64,000 nucleotides of DNA from positions 2,272,001-2,336,000 of the forward strand of contig OZ244042.1 of NCBI GenBank assembly GCA_965215015.1, in the 5' to 3' direction. The notes under the pieces were generated by a model. It worked only from the letters and a program-made list of their open reading frames with translations, did no database searches and was not told the origin of the DNA. Of the stretch, positions 27,759 through 38,411 are shown piece by piece. Made by a program: the position numbers and the translations under genes. The stretch comes from Candidatus Poribacteria bacterium. GTDB taxonomy: Bacteria > Poribacteria > WGA-4E > PCPOR2b. Numbering within the stretch: position 1 is the first letter of the stretch; each line of letters begins with the position of its first letter.

Positions 27759-30700
27759 ATGAGTAGCAAGAAGTTGATTTACTTTTTAGTAATATCGCTT
27801 ATCTGTGGGTTAATTGTAGGAGATGTTGCCCATGCCACGATTATCGGAATTAAAGGTACAGTCAGTCATGCCGACGGTGCACCTGTGGTTGGCGCGACGG
27901 TGACAGCCCCTGGTTTTGGTAGTCTAGAGGTATCTTCTACTACCGACACGGGCGGGGGTTACAGAATCCCCTATATCTCTTTTGCCAATGTTGTAATAAA
28001 GGTTGGGGATAAAATCACGGTACAAGTTACCGACACTGAAGGAAAGGTTATTGAAAAAACACACACTGTCACAGCAGCAGATATCAGTGTAGGAGAGGCG
28101 ACGTTTGATATCACCCTTGTTTCAACAACTGTTACGGTTACTGTTGTCCCGAATAGCTTTAGTGCCGAGACATCAGGCACAGGGATTGTCACCGTCACCG
28201 TTGCGGAAGAAGAACCGGTGACCGATGAAATCGTCACGTTTCAACTCTCACCTAATGTTGGAACGGTTAGTTCGGCGACGAACAACGGCGACGGAACGTA
28301 CACTGCAAACTACACCTCCGGTGTGACTGCTGGGAATGTAACGCTTATCGCGACAGCGACCCAAGCGAACGCTTCCGGAACGGGTCCCATAACAATCAAC
28401 GCCGGCCCGCCGGCCTCGCTCGATCTCAGCGCAGCCCCGAGGACCGTCTCGAGTGGGGGAAGAGTGACTATCACCGCGATGGTCAGTGATAGCAACGGTA
28501 ACGGGGTCGGCGGTGCCAGTTTGACCGGGACCTCGGCGAGCGGTGCCCCCCTGACCAACTTCGCATCGGCTACGGCTTTGGGTGCCTACACAGCGACCTA
28601 TACCGCACCCACGGTTGACACCGAAGGGACCGAAACCGTAACGGTTATGGGAGATGGCCTTTCGGCACAATTGACCCTGAACCTGACCCCTGTTCCGCCA
28701 CGAGAGGTCCTCATTCTAGTTGTAGAGGGAACTGTATTCAAAGAGGACGGTGAAATTCCCGCCGATGACGTTCAGGTGGCAGTTACGGTTGGGGCAAACC
28801 CACCGCAGATGACCACCACCGATAGCGATGGGAACTACTCGGCAACGACCGTTAATCTAGGAGGCATCGCTGCAAGTACCGGCGATCCAGTTTTGGTTGT
28901 TGTTACAGACGCTGCCAGCGTGGAACGCGGTAGGGCGAATCTTACCCTGACAAATGACCACCTCGGCGAAGACAATGCTGCGACTGTCATACTCAATGTA
29001 GAAACTGATATTGTGATTCCTCCCAGATCTGTCAACATCTTGGTCTTGGATGGGATCGCGTATAAAGAGGATGGGACAACGCCTGTGGGCGAAGGGCTTG
29101 ACGTAACGGTTACCGTCGGCGCACAGCCACCAGAGACGATCCAAACCGCGTCGGATGGCTCCTTTTCAACCACAATTATTAATCTGCTGGGGCCGGCCGC
29201 AACCACCGGCGACATGGTCTCCATCGCTGTTGCTGATAGCAGCGGCGAGCGTGGGACGGATAATTTTAATTTAAGCAATTCACAACTCGGCGAAGAAGAC
29301 TCTACGACTGTCACCAGGAGCGTGGGTACCAATATTGGTCTCACTTCGGGGCTACTCGCCGTTACGGGAACAGTTTATCTTAAAAACGGTGATACCGAGA
29401 GTGTACCGGCGATTAGCTTTCTCAGGGCGGACGATCTGACCGTTGTTGTGACCAATACCACCCGTGATCTCCAGATGAGCAGATTGGTTGATGATGATGG
29501 TGGCTATTCTGTGACCTTCCTTGACCTGCTCGGCACCGTTGTTGAAACAGGCGATGCCCTCACCATTGCGGTCCAAAACGAGGCGGGTGAGACGGTTGGC
29601 ACGGTGGACCATATCCTCAGCATACCGGATGTTAAGGCATCGAAGGCAGAAGTTGACATTCATACAACAGTTCCTGCCGAAGTCACGGCACTTAATATAA
29701 CAGGTAACGTCGTCGAGATAGGCGGCAGCTCCGCAGGTTCCGGGCTTGAAGTGACCCTCACGCTTGCGATGAATGGGCATACCCTGGGAGCGGAGACCCG
29801 CACCGATGCTGCCGGCGACTATGGATATACCTTTGTCGACCTCATCACCCCAGTCGCAGCCACAGGCGATATTTTGATGGTTGACGTGCTACGAGCGGCC
29901 GATCAGTTCCACGGCCATGCGGTCATCGAATTGCGGTCCTACGAGCTCGTAGACCAACAGATCACCGTTGACCCGATAACGCTGATTCCGCCACGGTTGG
30001 AGCTGGGTGGACTTTCCATTAACCCCCATTATACAGGCGACATCCATGATTCAGTCGTTGAGCAACTGCTCAGTATAGATCTTGCCGCTGCAGGGGGTAA
30101 CATCATTGATCCATCAGGAAATCTATTGGCTCTGCTCCCGCCACTCCTGAGTTTCATAGGTGCTTACCAGATTGAGCTACCGTCCGGGTTTGAGCCAACC
30201 GACGAGCATATCGCTCAAGAGAGTTTCGGTAACGCCATAACCACTAGACCGACAGCGTGGGCAACCTTACCCGCAGCTGAACGCCACCCCGGCCGATGGG
30301 TTAACGGAGACCAACTGAATCTATATTTGGTCGGCGCGCCGACCATCAACGGTGTAACCTTCACGCTCAACGGTTCACCTATATCAGGGACCTCCATCCC
30401 TGCCGGTGGCTCCTTTATGTATAACTTCCAACTGGAAGAGGAGCTGATCGCCCTCTTCTCCGGAAATATGCCGGTCTTTAGGGCTGTCCAGCTGATGATT
30501 GACGGACAACCCCCACTCGATATGGCCCGCAACGGTATGGGCGTATGGTCGGTGGACGCACCCGTGTCCCCCGGTTCCACAGTCTCATACTACTATATGA
30601 TTGAGTTGTCTGAGCCGTATTACGATTCAATAACAGGTTTAACCATCGCCCGGTTCCCGCTCATCGATCCACGAAACCGACAGGTTAATACGGCTGGACT

Positions 30701-33700
30701 CAGCCAAACCATTGAGGGCCTCCTTGAATCAGGGCTCGATGCGTTGGACCCGGGTGTCCGATCTGTGTTTAGCGTCCCAGAGGTGAATTATCAACAGGCA
30801 CTCTGGGTTGGCACGTTCAATCTTGATGCCGATGGTATGTATCAGTTGGATGTCAATGTGAGCTATCGCGGCGGCCACCAAGAAGGTATCACAGGTAAGA
30901 TGTTCTATGTGGACCGGACTGCACCGACCGCTGATGTTGCGCTCAATCTGGACGCACCGGGGATGAATGCGGGCATGTATATGCGCGCAGATGGCACCTA
31001 CGTCGCAACGGGGCCGATGCCGGGACAGGCAAGCTTAACTGTCTCTGCAATCCCAGACGCGACCTCAGAGGATGCGGGTTATATGTATCAGTTGGGTAAG
31101 TTAGATAACTTAGGCCAGGTGGACGCATGGAATCCAGTGGTAACCGCGAATCTGCTGCCGTTAAACTTGGGGCAACTTCTCATGGACCCCGCTAGCGTGC
31201 TGCCAATGACCCTCATGCCACCACATGAACTCCAGATGCTCATCCGCAATTCAGAGGGCGAGGCACTAATCGGGACATACGGACTCCGCACTGTCGGTAT
31301 TGATAGTCTCTTAAATATGGACTCAAGCAGCGCAGCCGGTGTCATACTGGAATTCGTTCCGCCGGACCCCGATCGCTCGATGATTTCCTCCGTCCAAGCA
31401 GACTTCGATGGCAATGGCTTCATCGAGGGGCTTGAAACGCAGTCCGCAGCCGGTGATGTGGCTATCTTCTCCGACTCGGTGGTAACGCTCGTCGTTGACG
31501 TGATAGAGCGTACGACGCACCCATTGGCTTCAATCGCTGTGGAGTACCAGCTACCGGGCGGTGATTGGAACCCAATCGCCGTGTTTGACGCGGATATGCT
31601 GCTCAATACCGCGCTGGGCGACCAACTGATAGTCAATTGGGATGTTGCTGATTACGCAGCCCTCCCGGATAGGGGCAGCACCGTGATGGTGCGTACTGTT
31701 ACAACCAACGCACTGAATGTCGTTGACGGGGAGGATAGAGGGATGCCGATGGCATACCAGCGGCGTCTACCCCCTGAAGTGACAGCGATTCACATGCAGG
31801 CGATGGAACTTCACCCCGACAGTGGTGCGCCGCAAGGGACAATCACCGTCAGTGCATTCACACAGGCGATGACATCGCCGGATACAGCCGCGGTTCAGTT
31901 GGAGATTCGCCGATCCGCAGATGCAGCTGACGCTTGGCAGCCACTGGGTATCGTACAATTAGCCGATACAACGGTTACCTCTCACGTTCAAATCGCTATT
32001 ATTGAAGATTTGGTCAGTGCGGTTATCAACGGTTCACCGACCGCCCCAATTGATCTGCTCTATCGAGAATGGCAACTCTCCGTAGATAGCGCGATACTTG
32101 AAGATACCATCTTAGATGATAGCCCCGCTGCAAGCGATGCAAGTCTAGATGACAATCCTTATGTCCTTCGAGCTATTGCTGTTGATACAGCTAGCACAGG
32201 GTACCCATCAGCAGAGGGAGTAACGGATAGCTTCTCTACCGATAACTACTCACCCACAGCGATTACTCAAATCGCCAACGAGGTTGAGATGGTTGCTCCA
32301 CGCGAAGATGGCAGCTACTATGTTAGCGGCTTACTTGCTGAGAATGTACCCGATCCGATGCTAACCCTGACCGCATGGACAGGCGCGCATCCAAGTGCCT
32401 TCACCGGCGGCATCAAGCTCACCGTTACCGATACCGTTTCCGGTGCATCGATTGGCATCCCAGAGACCGGCTTCAATGACTCCGGTAATTATACCTACAC
32501 AGGTAACTTTAATCTGGGGTCAATCCCGAATGGGACGTATACCTTCATGGCAGTGGCACACGCCGCCGACGGTTCGACAGAAGAAAGAATTGTCGCTATG
32601 GAGATCACCGTTGAGGTGGGTAACTTCACACCACCTGAAAATTTCGCGGACCCGTCAGTTGATATCCTCAGTGTGATTGACACCGAGAATGAGGTACGTA
32701 GTCCAAGTGAAATTGATACAATGTATCCGATTGGGTTCCCCGCGATTAGCGATAAAATTACCTTTACGCTGACCGTGCCGAATGTCGCCGCAAGCGACCT
32801 CGACGTCCTGATTGGAGATGGTGCAATTTCTGGACGGATGTCAGGTGCCCTCACTGAGGACGGGATGATGGTCACGGCTAACGCCGATGGAACTACCAGT
32901 TTTGAAATTACGCTGGATACCACCCAATTTGATGAGGGTATGTTGAACCTCGTGGGAACAGTGACCAAGCCAAACGGGAGTGTTCCATTCGGTTTGCCAT
33001 CAATCCGAGTTGATAGGTCAGGGCCTGTTCTTGAGATTGTATCGCCATTGGCACGGCATCAAGTGACTACGTTGCCGACCATTCAAGTGGCCTATACCGA
33101 TGCGACCGGGTTCGATCCAAACGATATGGCGATGGAGCCGATGCCCGTTGTCATCAGCTTGACCCGCTTGGCGGATACCAAGGAGATTGATGTTACCGAA
33201 ACCCTGATTCGCATAACCGCAGCAGCTCCAGGCGAGGTCTTGACCCAGAGCGGTAACATTGTCTACACACACGATGATCCGGTGGTTGGCGGTGCATACC
33301 GCATCGAGGTTGCCGTGACGGATGTGCTTGGCAATGCCAGTACCGCAGCACCCGTTGAATTTACCGTCGAAGGTGTGCAGCCGACAGTCTCAATCGTATC
33401 GCCGCTGGCAGGGCGTATTATCGATCCGAGACAGCCTTTGATTGTCAGTGTCGCGCTTACGGGTAACGGTAATATAACGGTTACTGAGTTCCAAATCAAC
33501 GGTACTGATATGGAGGGTACCCTAGAGAATAACTGGCTGAACTACACCATGCAGCCGCCCCTTGTTGACGGAGATAATTCGATTCTCCAACGCGGAAGTG
33601 ATAACACCATTTCTGTCAAGATTGTTGATAGCGAAGGGCGAACCGCTGAAGGGTCCACTAGTTTCGCAGTTTCCTTGGATGACACTCCACCAGTGATTTC

Positions 33701-35177
33701 GGGACCGGCTCCGAAGGGTGAGGTTACTCGGAAACTCGGTAGAATCACCGCACGGGTCACCGATAATGAATCGAACATCACCCGCATTATGTTGGGGATT
33801 GATGACAATCCACTTAAGGAGATCTCGTTCTCAGCCGGTAGAGACATAGAAGTGGGACGAGGGACCGAGGTACAAGGTCAGACAAACTTTAACTTTACCG
33901 ACGCCCCCCTCGGAACTCACACTGTGACAATTGTGGCAGAAAGTACCGGTGGGGCTTCAACCTTAACGTGGGAATTCACCATAGTGAATCCGGATAACAC
34001 TCCCCCGAAGGTTGTTACCTACTCGCCGCTCGGGATCATTCGGACGGATAGACCGGTACTCGCTGCAACGGTGAGCGATGAATCCGGCTTCCAGAGGGAT
34101 GGCATCACGCTTATCCTCGCCGGTGTTCCGGGAAATCAAGGGTCAGGTAGACGCTCAAGCCCGACCTCTACAACTGTTACATTCACGCCAAGCATTTCGG
34201 TAACCCCGGGGCCCTACACTGCAAGGCTTACGGTGATAGATAGATACAACAACCGAACCGAAGCGGAATGGCAGTTCACGGTTGAACTCGATGAGACGCC
34301 ACCAGCAATTACGACCACCTCTCCGCACGGGGTCATCCATTTGGATAAACCGATTATCTCGGTCTCCGCCAGTGATGACATGTCCGGTGTGGATAGCATC
34401 GAAATTGCTGTCAAAGATGGCAGGAATCTAGCCGTTAACGGTGTTACCACTGTGCGTTCTGATAAGACAGCAGCGACCTTTACGCCAGCCAGTGCCTTGA
34501 AGGATGGTACGCATACCGTTGATGTTACAGTAACTGATATGCGTGGAAATCAGGCCGCAAGCAAATGGCAATTTACCGTTGAGCTTGACCAGATACCGCC
34601 GAGTGTTCTCATTACCCGACCATCTCAGGAACACACCGAACATCGACGTCCCATCATTTCAGCAGCCTACACGGATAACCTGTCGGGTGTGGACGTGGAA
34701 TCGGTGAAGCTGTTACTTGATGGTACACCCGTTGAGCCGGACGAATTGTCAGAAACTCAGGTGGTGTTCACACCTACCTTTGACCTGCCATTTGGTGAGC
34801 ATACGGTGAAGCTGGAGGTTTCCGACTTGGCACCGAAGGCGAACTCGACAGTTCATGAGTGGACCTTCTATGTCGAACGGATCGGGATTGCAAATGCGCG
34901 GAATTATCCGAATCCATTTGAAGATGAGACCACGATTGGCTTTAGGCTTTCGAGGCAAGCCCGCATCACAATCCAGATTTACGATTTCACCGGTAGGCTT
35001 GTCGCACAACCCGTCGCCAATTCAATCAGAGAGGCAGGACTCGTTAAGATAGAATGGGATGGCGAAACCAGTTCGGGCGATAACCTCGCACGCGGCGTTT
35101 ACTTCTGCCATATTCTCATGGAAAGCGAGCTAGAACCTCAATCTACTATTCTGAAGATGGCAATTATAAGCGACTAG
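27759..35177 (+). CDS. Giant secreted Ig-like repeat surface protein with C-terminal T9SS-CTD/FlgD-Ig-like domain
   Basis: Signal peptide; invasin-like (NNGDGTYTANYT) and repeated beta-sandwich domains; D-x-T-P-P-bounded Big domains; tail NYPNPF..TTI.F.L..ITIQIYDFTGRLV..WDG..LARGVYF; AGGAGG RBS. Confidence 0.88.
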   Translation: MSSKKLIYFLVISLICGLIVGDVAHATIIGIKGTVSHADGAPVVGATVTAPGFGSLEVSSTTDTGGGYRIPYISFANVVIKVGDKITVQVTDTEGKVIEKTHTVTAADISVGEATFDITLVSTTVTVTVVPNSFSAETSGTGIVTVTVAEEEPVTDEIVTFQLSPNVGTVSSATNNGDGTYTANYTSGVTAGNVTLIATATQANASGTGPITINAGPPASLDLSAAPRTVSSGGRVTITAMVSDSNGNGVGGASLTGTSASGAPLTNFASATALGAYTATYTAPTVDTEGTETVTVMGDGLSAQLTLNLTPVPPREVLILVVEGTVFKEDGEIPADDVQVAVTVGANPPQMTTTDSDGNYSATTVNLGGIAASTGDPVLVVVTDAASVERGRANLTLTNDHLGEDNAATVILNVETDIVIPPRSVNILVLDGIAYKEDGTTPVGEGLDVTVTVGAQPPETIQTASDGSFSTTIINLLGPAATTGDMVSIAVADSSGERGTDNFNLSNSQLGEEDSTTVTRSVGTNIGLTSGLLAVTGTVYLKNGDTESVPAISFLRADDLTVVVTNTTRDLQMSRLVDDDGGYSVTFLDLLGTVVETGDALTIAVQNEAGETVGTVDHILSIPDVKASKAEVDIHTTVPAEVTALNITGNVVEIGGSSAGSGLEVTLTLAMNGHTLGAETRTDAAGDYGYTFVDLITPVAATGDILMVDVLRAADQFHGHAVIELRSYELVDQQITVDPITLIPPRLELGGLSINPHYTGDIHDSVVEQLLSIDLAAAGGNIIDPSGNLLALLPPLLSFIGAYQIELPSGFEPTDEHIAQESFGNAITTRPTAWATLPAAERHPGRWVNGDQLNLYLVGAPTINGVTFTLNGSPISGTSIPAGGSFMYNFQLEEELIALFSGNMPVFRAVQLMIDGQPPLDMARNGMGVWSVDAPVSPGSTVSYYYMIELSEPYYDSITGLTIARFPLIDPRNRQVNTAGLSQTIEGLLESGLDALDPGVRSVFSVPEVNYQQALWVGTFNLDADGMYQLDVNVSYRGGHQEGITGKMFYVDRTAPTADVALNLDAPGMNAGMYMRADGTYVATGPMPGQASLTVSAIPDATSEDAGYMYQLGKLDNLGQVDAWNPVVTANLLPLNLGQLLMDPASVLPMTLMPPHELQMLIRNSEGEALIGTYGLRTVGIDSLLNMDSSSAAGVILEFVPPDPDRSMISSVQADFDGNGFIEGLETQSAAGDVAIFSDSVVTLVVDVIERTTHPLASIAVEYQLPGGDWNPIAVFDADMLLNTALGDQLIVNWDVADYAALPDRGSTVMVRTVTTNALNVVDGEDRGMPMAYQRRLPPEVTAIHMQAMELHPDSGAPQGTITVSAFTQAMTSPDTAAVQLEIRRSADAADAWQPLGIVQLADTTVTSHVQIAIIEDLVSAVINGSPTAPIDLLYREWQLSVDSAILEDTILDDSPAASDASLDDNPYVLRAIAVDTASTGYPSAEGVTDSFSTDNYSPTAITQIANEVEMVAPREDGSYYVSGLLAENVPDPMLTLTAWTGAHPSAFTGGIKLTVTDTVSGASIGIPETGFNDSGNYTYTGNFNLGSIPNGTYTFMAVAHAADGSTEERIVAMEITVEVGNFTPPENFADPSVDILSVIDTENEVRSPSEIDTMYPIGFPAISDKITFTLTVPNVAASDLDVLIGDGAISGRMSGALTEDGMMVTANADGTTSFEITLDTTQFDEGMLNLVGTVTKPNGSVPFGLPSIRVDRSGPVLEIVSPLARHQVTTLPTIQVAYTDATGFDPNDMAMEPMPVVISLTRLADTKEIDVTETLIRITAAAPGEVLTQSGNIVYTHDDPVVGGAYRIEVAVTDVLGNASTAAPVEFTVEGVQPTVSIVSPLAGRIIDPRQPLIVSVALTGNGNITVTEFQINGTDMEGTLENNWLNYTMQPPLVDGDNSILQRGSDNTISVKIVDSEGRTAEGSTSFAVSLDDTPPVISGPAPKGEVTRKLGRITARVTDNESNITRIMLGIDDNPLKEISFSAGRDIEVGRGTEVQGQTNFNFTDAPLGTHTVTIVAESTGGASTLTWEFTIVNPDNTPPKVVTYSPLGIIRTDRPVLAATVSDESGFQRDGITLILAGVPGNQGSGRRSSPTSTTVTFTPSISVTPGPYTARLTVIDRYNNRTEAEWQFTVELDETPPAITTTSPHGVIHLDKPIISVSASDDMSGVDSIEIAVKDGRNLAVNGVTTVRSDKTAATFTPASALKDGTHTVDVTVTDMRGNQAASKWQFTVELDQIPPSVLITRPSQEHTEHRRPIISAAYTDNLSGVDVESVKLLLDGTPVEPDELSETQVVFTPTFDLPFGEHTVKLEVSDLAPKANSTVHEWTFYVERIGIANARNYPNPFEDETTIGFRLSRQARITIQIYDFTGRLVAQPVANSIREAGLVKIEWDGETSSGDNLARGVYFCHILMESELEPQSTILKMAIISD

Positions 35178-35183
35178 TAACCA

Positions 35184-35229
35184 TTCATTGGTACATTGGT
35201 TTCATTAATGAAACCAATGTACCAATGAA
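35184..35229. repeat. Perfect 46-bp palindrome with no spacer
   Basis: TTCATTGGTACATTGGTTTCATT|AATGAAACCAATGTACCAATGAA. Confidence 0.9.
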
Positions 35230-35263
35230 CCAACTGTATTTGCCTTCATAAAGGAGGGAGACA

Positions 35264-36193
35264 ATGTTTCAACTTAGGCGTAAATTACTATTCAGTTCAA
35301 TCGGGCTAGTTGCCCTCGGTGTTTTGCTTGCACCCGTCTGCTTCGCCGGTGTGAATGCTGCACCCCATCTCGGAATGGGTAGCGGGGCGCGGCCCCTCGG
35401 AATGGGCGGTGCCTTTACCGCCATCGCGGACGATGCGACTTCAACAATATGGAATCCCGCCGGGATACCGGCTGTGGATGATTTAACTCTAACACTATCT
35501 TCGGCACGGCTATCTCTTGATAGAAAACACAGCTTTATCGGCTTAATCAAAAAGGTCGGTGCCAATGGCGGATTGGGTTTGGCTGTGGTCAATGCCGGCC
35601 TCGATGATATGCCTTCCAGAACCGCCGCGGATGTCGGGACTGGTGCATTTAACTGGAATTTCAACGCCTATTCCCTTTCCTACGGCCATGATCTCGGTGC
35701 CGTAGGTCTCGGTATAAGCGGACGTTTACTTATGGATAGCTTCGGAGATCATTCGAGCAAAAGCGGTTTCGGCGGTGTTGATGTGGGGCTTCTCGGGCAC
35801 AACAAAGCCAGTACCTTCAGCTATGGCCTCGCAGGTAGAAATATCGGTGGTACAATCGCTGGAAGCGAGTTATCTCCTCTCATCGCTGGGGGTCTCGCCT
35901 ATCGAGTCCTCCACAAGCACGTGGCGACCTTCGCCGTTGATGTCCAACACGAGATCGTTGACCTGTCAGAGTCCACAACCAGCCTCCATCTTGGTACCGA
36001 GTACCTGATAGCAAAAACCTTTGCCATTCGGGGCGGCAGCAAACTGACCACTGATCGCCGTCAGTTCTTCGTTGGATTTGGTGCCAATGTCGGTGGACTT
36101 CAACTCGATTATGCCTTGAAAGCTGCTGATAGTGCTGTCAATAACCTCGACGACGACAACACACATTTCGTATCACTCTCTTATAGCTATTAA
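35264..36193 (+). CDS. PorV/PorQ-like (FadL-fold, UPF0164) outer-membrane beta-barrel
   Basis: Signal peptide; GARPLGMGGAFTAIADDATSTIWNPAG signature; amphipathic strands; C-terminal THFVSLSYSY beta-signal. Confidence 0.85.
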   Translation: MFQLRRKLLFSSIGLVALGVLLAPVCFAGVNAAPHLGMGSGARPLGMGGAFTAIADDATSTIWNPAGIPAVDDLTLTLSSARLSLDRKHSFIGLIKKVGANGGLGLAVVNAGLDDMPSRTAADVGTGAFNWNFNAYSLSYGHDLGAVGLGISGRLLMDSFGDHSSKSGFGGVDVGLLGHNKASTFSYGLAGRNIGGTIAGSELSPLIAGGLAYRVLHKHVATFAVDVQHEIVDLSESTTSLHLGTEYLIAKTFAIRGGSKLTTDRRQFFVGFGANVGGLQLDYALKAADSAVNNLDDDNTHFVSLSYSY

Positions 36194-36391
36194 TTTTTGC
36201 AATGAGTGGATAAGGGCTTTTCGATAAATTTAACGCCAAGGCGTTCCCCCCACTCCCGAATACCCCCAGTACCCTCCAATATTCTTCCCTCCCCGCTTGC
36301 GGGGAGGGTTAGGGTGGAGTTCTTGCGGGGGCGGGCTTCCCACTACTTATTTCCTTAATTTTAACGAACCGATTCTACAAAGGAGCATCCT

Positions 36392-37264
36392 ATGAAGACG
36401 ATGAAATCAATCCTACGCTTCTCGCTTATCCTTTCTCTCTGTCTAGCTTTGACTGGGGCAGCCTATATCCTCACTGCCTCTGCCAAAATTGTTCCCAAGC
36501 CGGACATGGAGGGCACAAAGCTCATTACCCTTGTTGAGGGGGATACCCTGTGGGATCTCGCTGCAGAACATCTCGAAGATCCGCTTAGATGGCCAGAATT
36601 CAAAGAGTACAACGATTTTACCAATCCTGACCGAATCTACCCCGACGAGATGATGCGAGTCCCTGTCAAAATGGTGATGGAGATGGTACAGGAAGCTGTT
36701 GCGGAAGAAATGGTAACCTTGTCAGAGCTTGAGATGATTCAAGAAGAACTGGCTGCTACGGCAGAGAAGCTCGCTGCCACGGAAGCCGAAGCGATGGCCG
36801 CAAAAGAGGCTGTGGGGGTTACCGCAGCCGATGTAACCGCCATCAAAATGATGGTTGAAGACCTAATCGCGAGGCAGAAAATGGTCGAAGGCGGTCTCCA
36901 AGATGTACAAGGTCAGTTGACAGAAGCCGCTGCCAAACTTAATGTTTCCCTGATGGAACACGCTGAAGCCAGCAAAAAGAAAATCTCAAAGGCTCATAAA
37001 GAGGTCGAAGCGGCGCGGGAAGATATCAAAAAACTCCGCAAGACGGTAAAGGAGAATCACAAAGCAGGTATGGAGTCGCTCAAAGCCTCCGAAGAGATAC
37101 TTGCGGCAGGCATTAAGGCGAATGCAGAAAGCCTCGACAAGCTCCACGCAATTGAGCGGGGCGCAACAGAAGAACCGAACCAATCAAAACGGACGCTCGC
37201 ATTCCTAACTACGTTGGCGGGTGGAGCCGCTTGGTTTGCCATCAATGCCATAGGTTCGGATTAG
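36392..37264 (+). CDS. LysM-domain coiled-coil protein with C-terminal hydrophobic anchor
   Basis: Signal peptide; LVEGDTLWDLA..W..N..NPDRIYP LysM; long heptad-rich helix; hydrophobic tail. Confidence 0.8.
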   Translation: MKTMKSILRFSLILSLCLALTGAAYILTASAKIVPKPDMEGTKLITLVEGDTLWDLAAEHLEDPLRWPEFKEYNDFTNPDRIYPDEMMRVPVKMVMEMVQEAVAEEMVTLSELEMIQEELAATAEKLAATEAEAMAAKEAVGVTAADVTAIKMMVEDLIARQKMVEGGLQDVQGQLTEAAAKLNVSLMEHAEASKKKISKAHKEVEAAREDIKKLRKTVKENHKAGMESLKASEEILAAGIKANAESLDKLHAIERGATEEPNQSKRTLAFLTTLAGGAAWFAINAIGSD

Positions 37265-37295
37265 CTCTTCTAAAAAACAACACATTTTTATTTTG

Positions 37296-37332
37296 AGCAG
37301 GGATAGTGCACTTATCTATCCCTGCTTTTTTT
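37296..37332 (+). terminator. Intrinsic terminator
   Basis: AGCAGGGATAG-loop-CTATCCCTGCT followed by a T run. Confidence 0.8.
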
Positions 37333-37354
37333 ATCTAATCTTGCTGGCACGTTC

Positions 37355-37515
37355 GTAGTAGTGCAATTCATTGCACGTCAACATTGGCTTAAAACGGTAG
37401 ATGGGGCAAGATTCCCCGTATACGGGGTTGGAAGTACTTTGTTTTTCAAGTTATAGAGTTTTAGTCATAGCGACTTCATTGCACGTGGTTAGTAGTAGTG
37501 CAATTCATTGCACGT
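37355..37515 (+). repeat. GTAG REP copies
   Basis: GTAGTAGTGCAATTCATTGCACGT at 37355 and 37492, plus a degenerate copy near 37465. Confidence 0.75.
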
Positions 37516-37626
37516 CTAGATTGTGCGTTTCTTACGGGTTCTTCCTCCCCTTGCGATTGAATGGTTGGGAGTTTAATGGCAGTCGCGTCTTAAAACTAGT
37601 AACGACTTATCCCCTTAGTTTTCACT

Positions 37627-38226
37627 ATGATTGACTCCAAACAATTCCAAGACACAATCCATCATTTCATTGAGCTCTACGGAGACCGCACCGAAGCAAT
37701 TGGCGATGAAATCCACGCCGGACTGGCATGGATAGAAAAAAAACAGTTGGTTCTGATCGTAGGAGGTGAAGCAGCCACACTCCAGCCCCCCAGTTGGCGT
37801 CGTGTATCACGGCTGTTCGATCTTGCCAAACAATTCCGGCGACCCGTACTGCTGTGGGATGTTCCATTCCGGGCGGACGCAACCGGTCCAGCCACCACCC
37901 TACTCGACAAGCATGCGGCACAAAATAGTCACCTACACCTACTGAAGCTACCCGTCCCCATCATCGGTATCTTTGATCAATTACCTCTCGAGCCCAACTT
38001 TGCCCCGCTTGATGCGGCGGTCCTCTTACAACAGCCGGAGGCAAATCCCCGGTCACAATCTTCAGGGGGTGAAACTTCCACAATTGTAGTCAAGGTAGCA
38101 GACAGTCCTGCCCACCTCAAATCAGATATTCTAGAACTACTCAGCTATCTGTCAACCTTACCGGTCAAAAGGTTGGTCAACCAACGATTGGACACCCTCC
38201 GCCACGCCGTTGGGGGACGCCGCTAA
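37627..38226 (+). CDS. Divergent, shortened acetyl-CoA carboxylase carboxyltransferase alpha (AccA)-like protein
   Basis: FIELYGDR, RLFDLAKQFRRPVLLWD, LKLPVPII and LSTLPVKRLVNQRLDTLR are colinear with AccA motifs; GEGGSGGA is missing. Confidence 0.6.
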   Translation: MIDSKQFQDTIHHFIELYGDRTEAIGDEIHAGLAWIEKKQLVLIVGGEAATLQPPSWRRVSRLFDLAKQFRRPVLLWDVPFRADATGPATTLLDKHAAQNSHLHLLKLPVPIIGIFDQLPLEPNFAPLDAAVLLQQPEANPRSQSSGGETSTIVVKVADSPAHLKSDILELLSYLSTLPVKRLVNQRLDTLRHAVGGRR

Positions 38227-38260
38227 TATATGTGTACGCGGGGGGCAATCAGCCTGGCTC

Positions 38261-38372
38261 GTAGTAGTGCAATTCATTACGCGTTGTTCGTAGTAGTGCA
38301 ATTCATTGCACGTCTGTTTTGTCGTAGCGACTTCATTGTGTGTTGTTGGTAGTAGCGCAATTCATTACGCAT
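38261..38372 (+). repeat. Four tandem GTAG REP copies
   Basis: Copies at 38261, 38290, 38321 and 38349. Confidence 0.8.
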
Positions 38373-38411
38373 CAGTCATATAGAGGAAGGAGGCTCTTAG
38401 AAAAAAATAAC

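Noticed and set aside
27971-35052. Numerous antisense ORFs within the giant gene, and similar shadow ORFs elsewhere
   Set aside because: They overlap well-supported CDSs on the opposite strand or frame and show no motifs or RBS.
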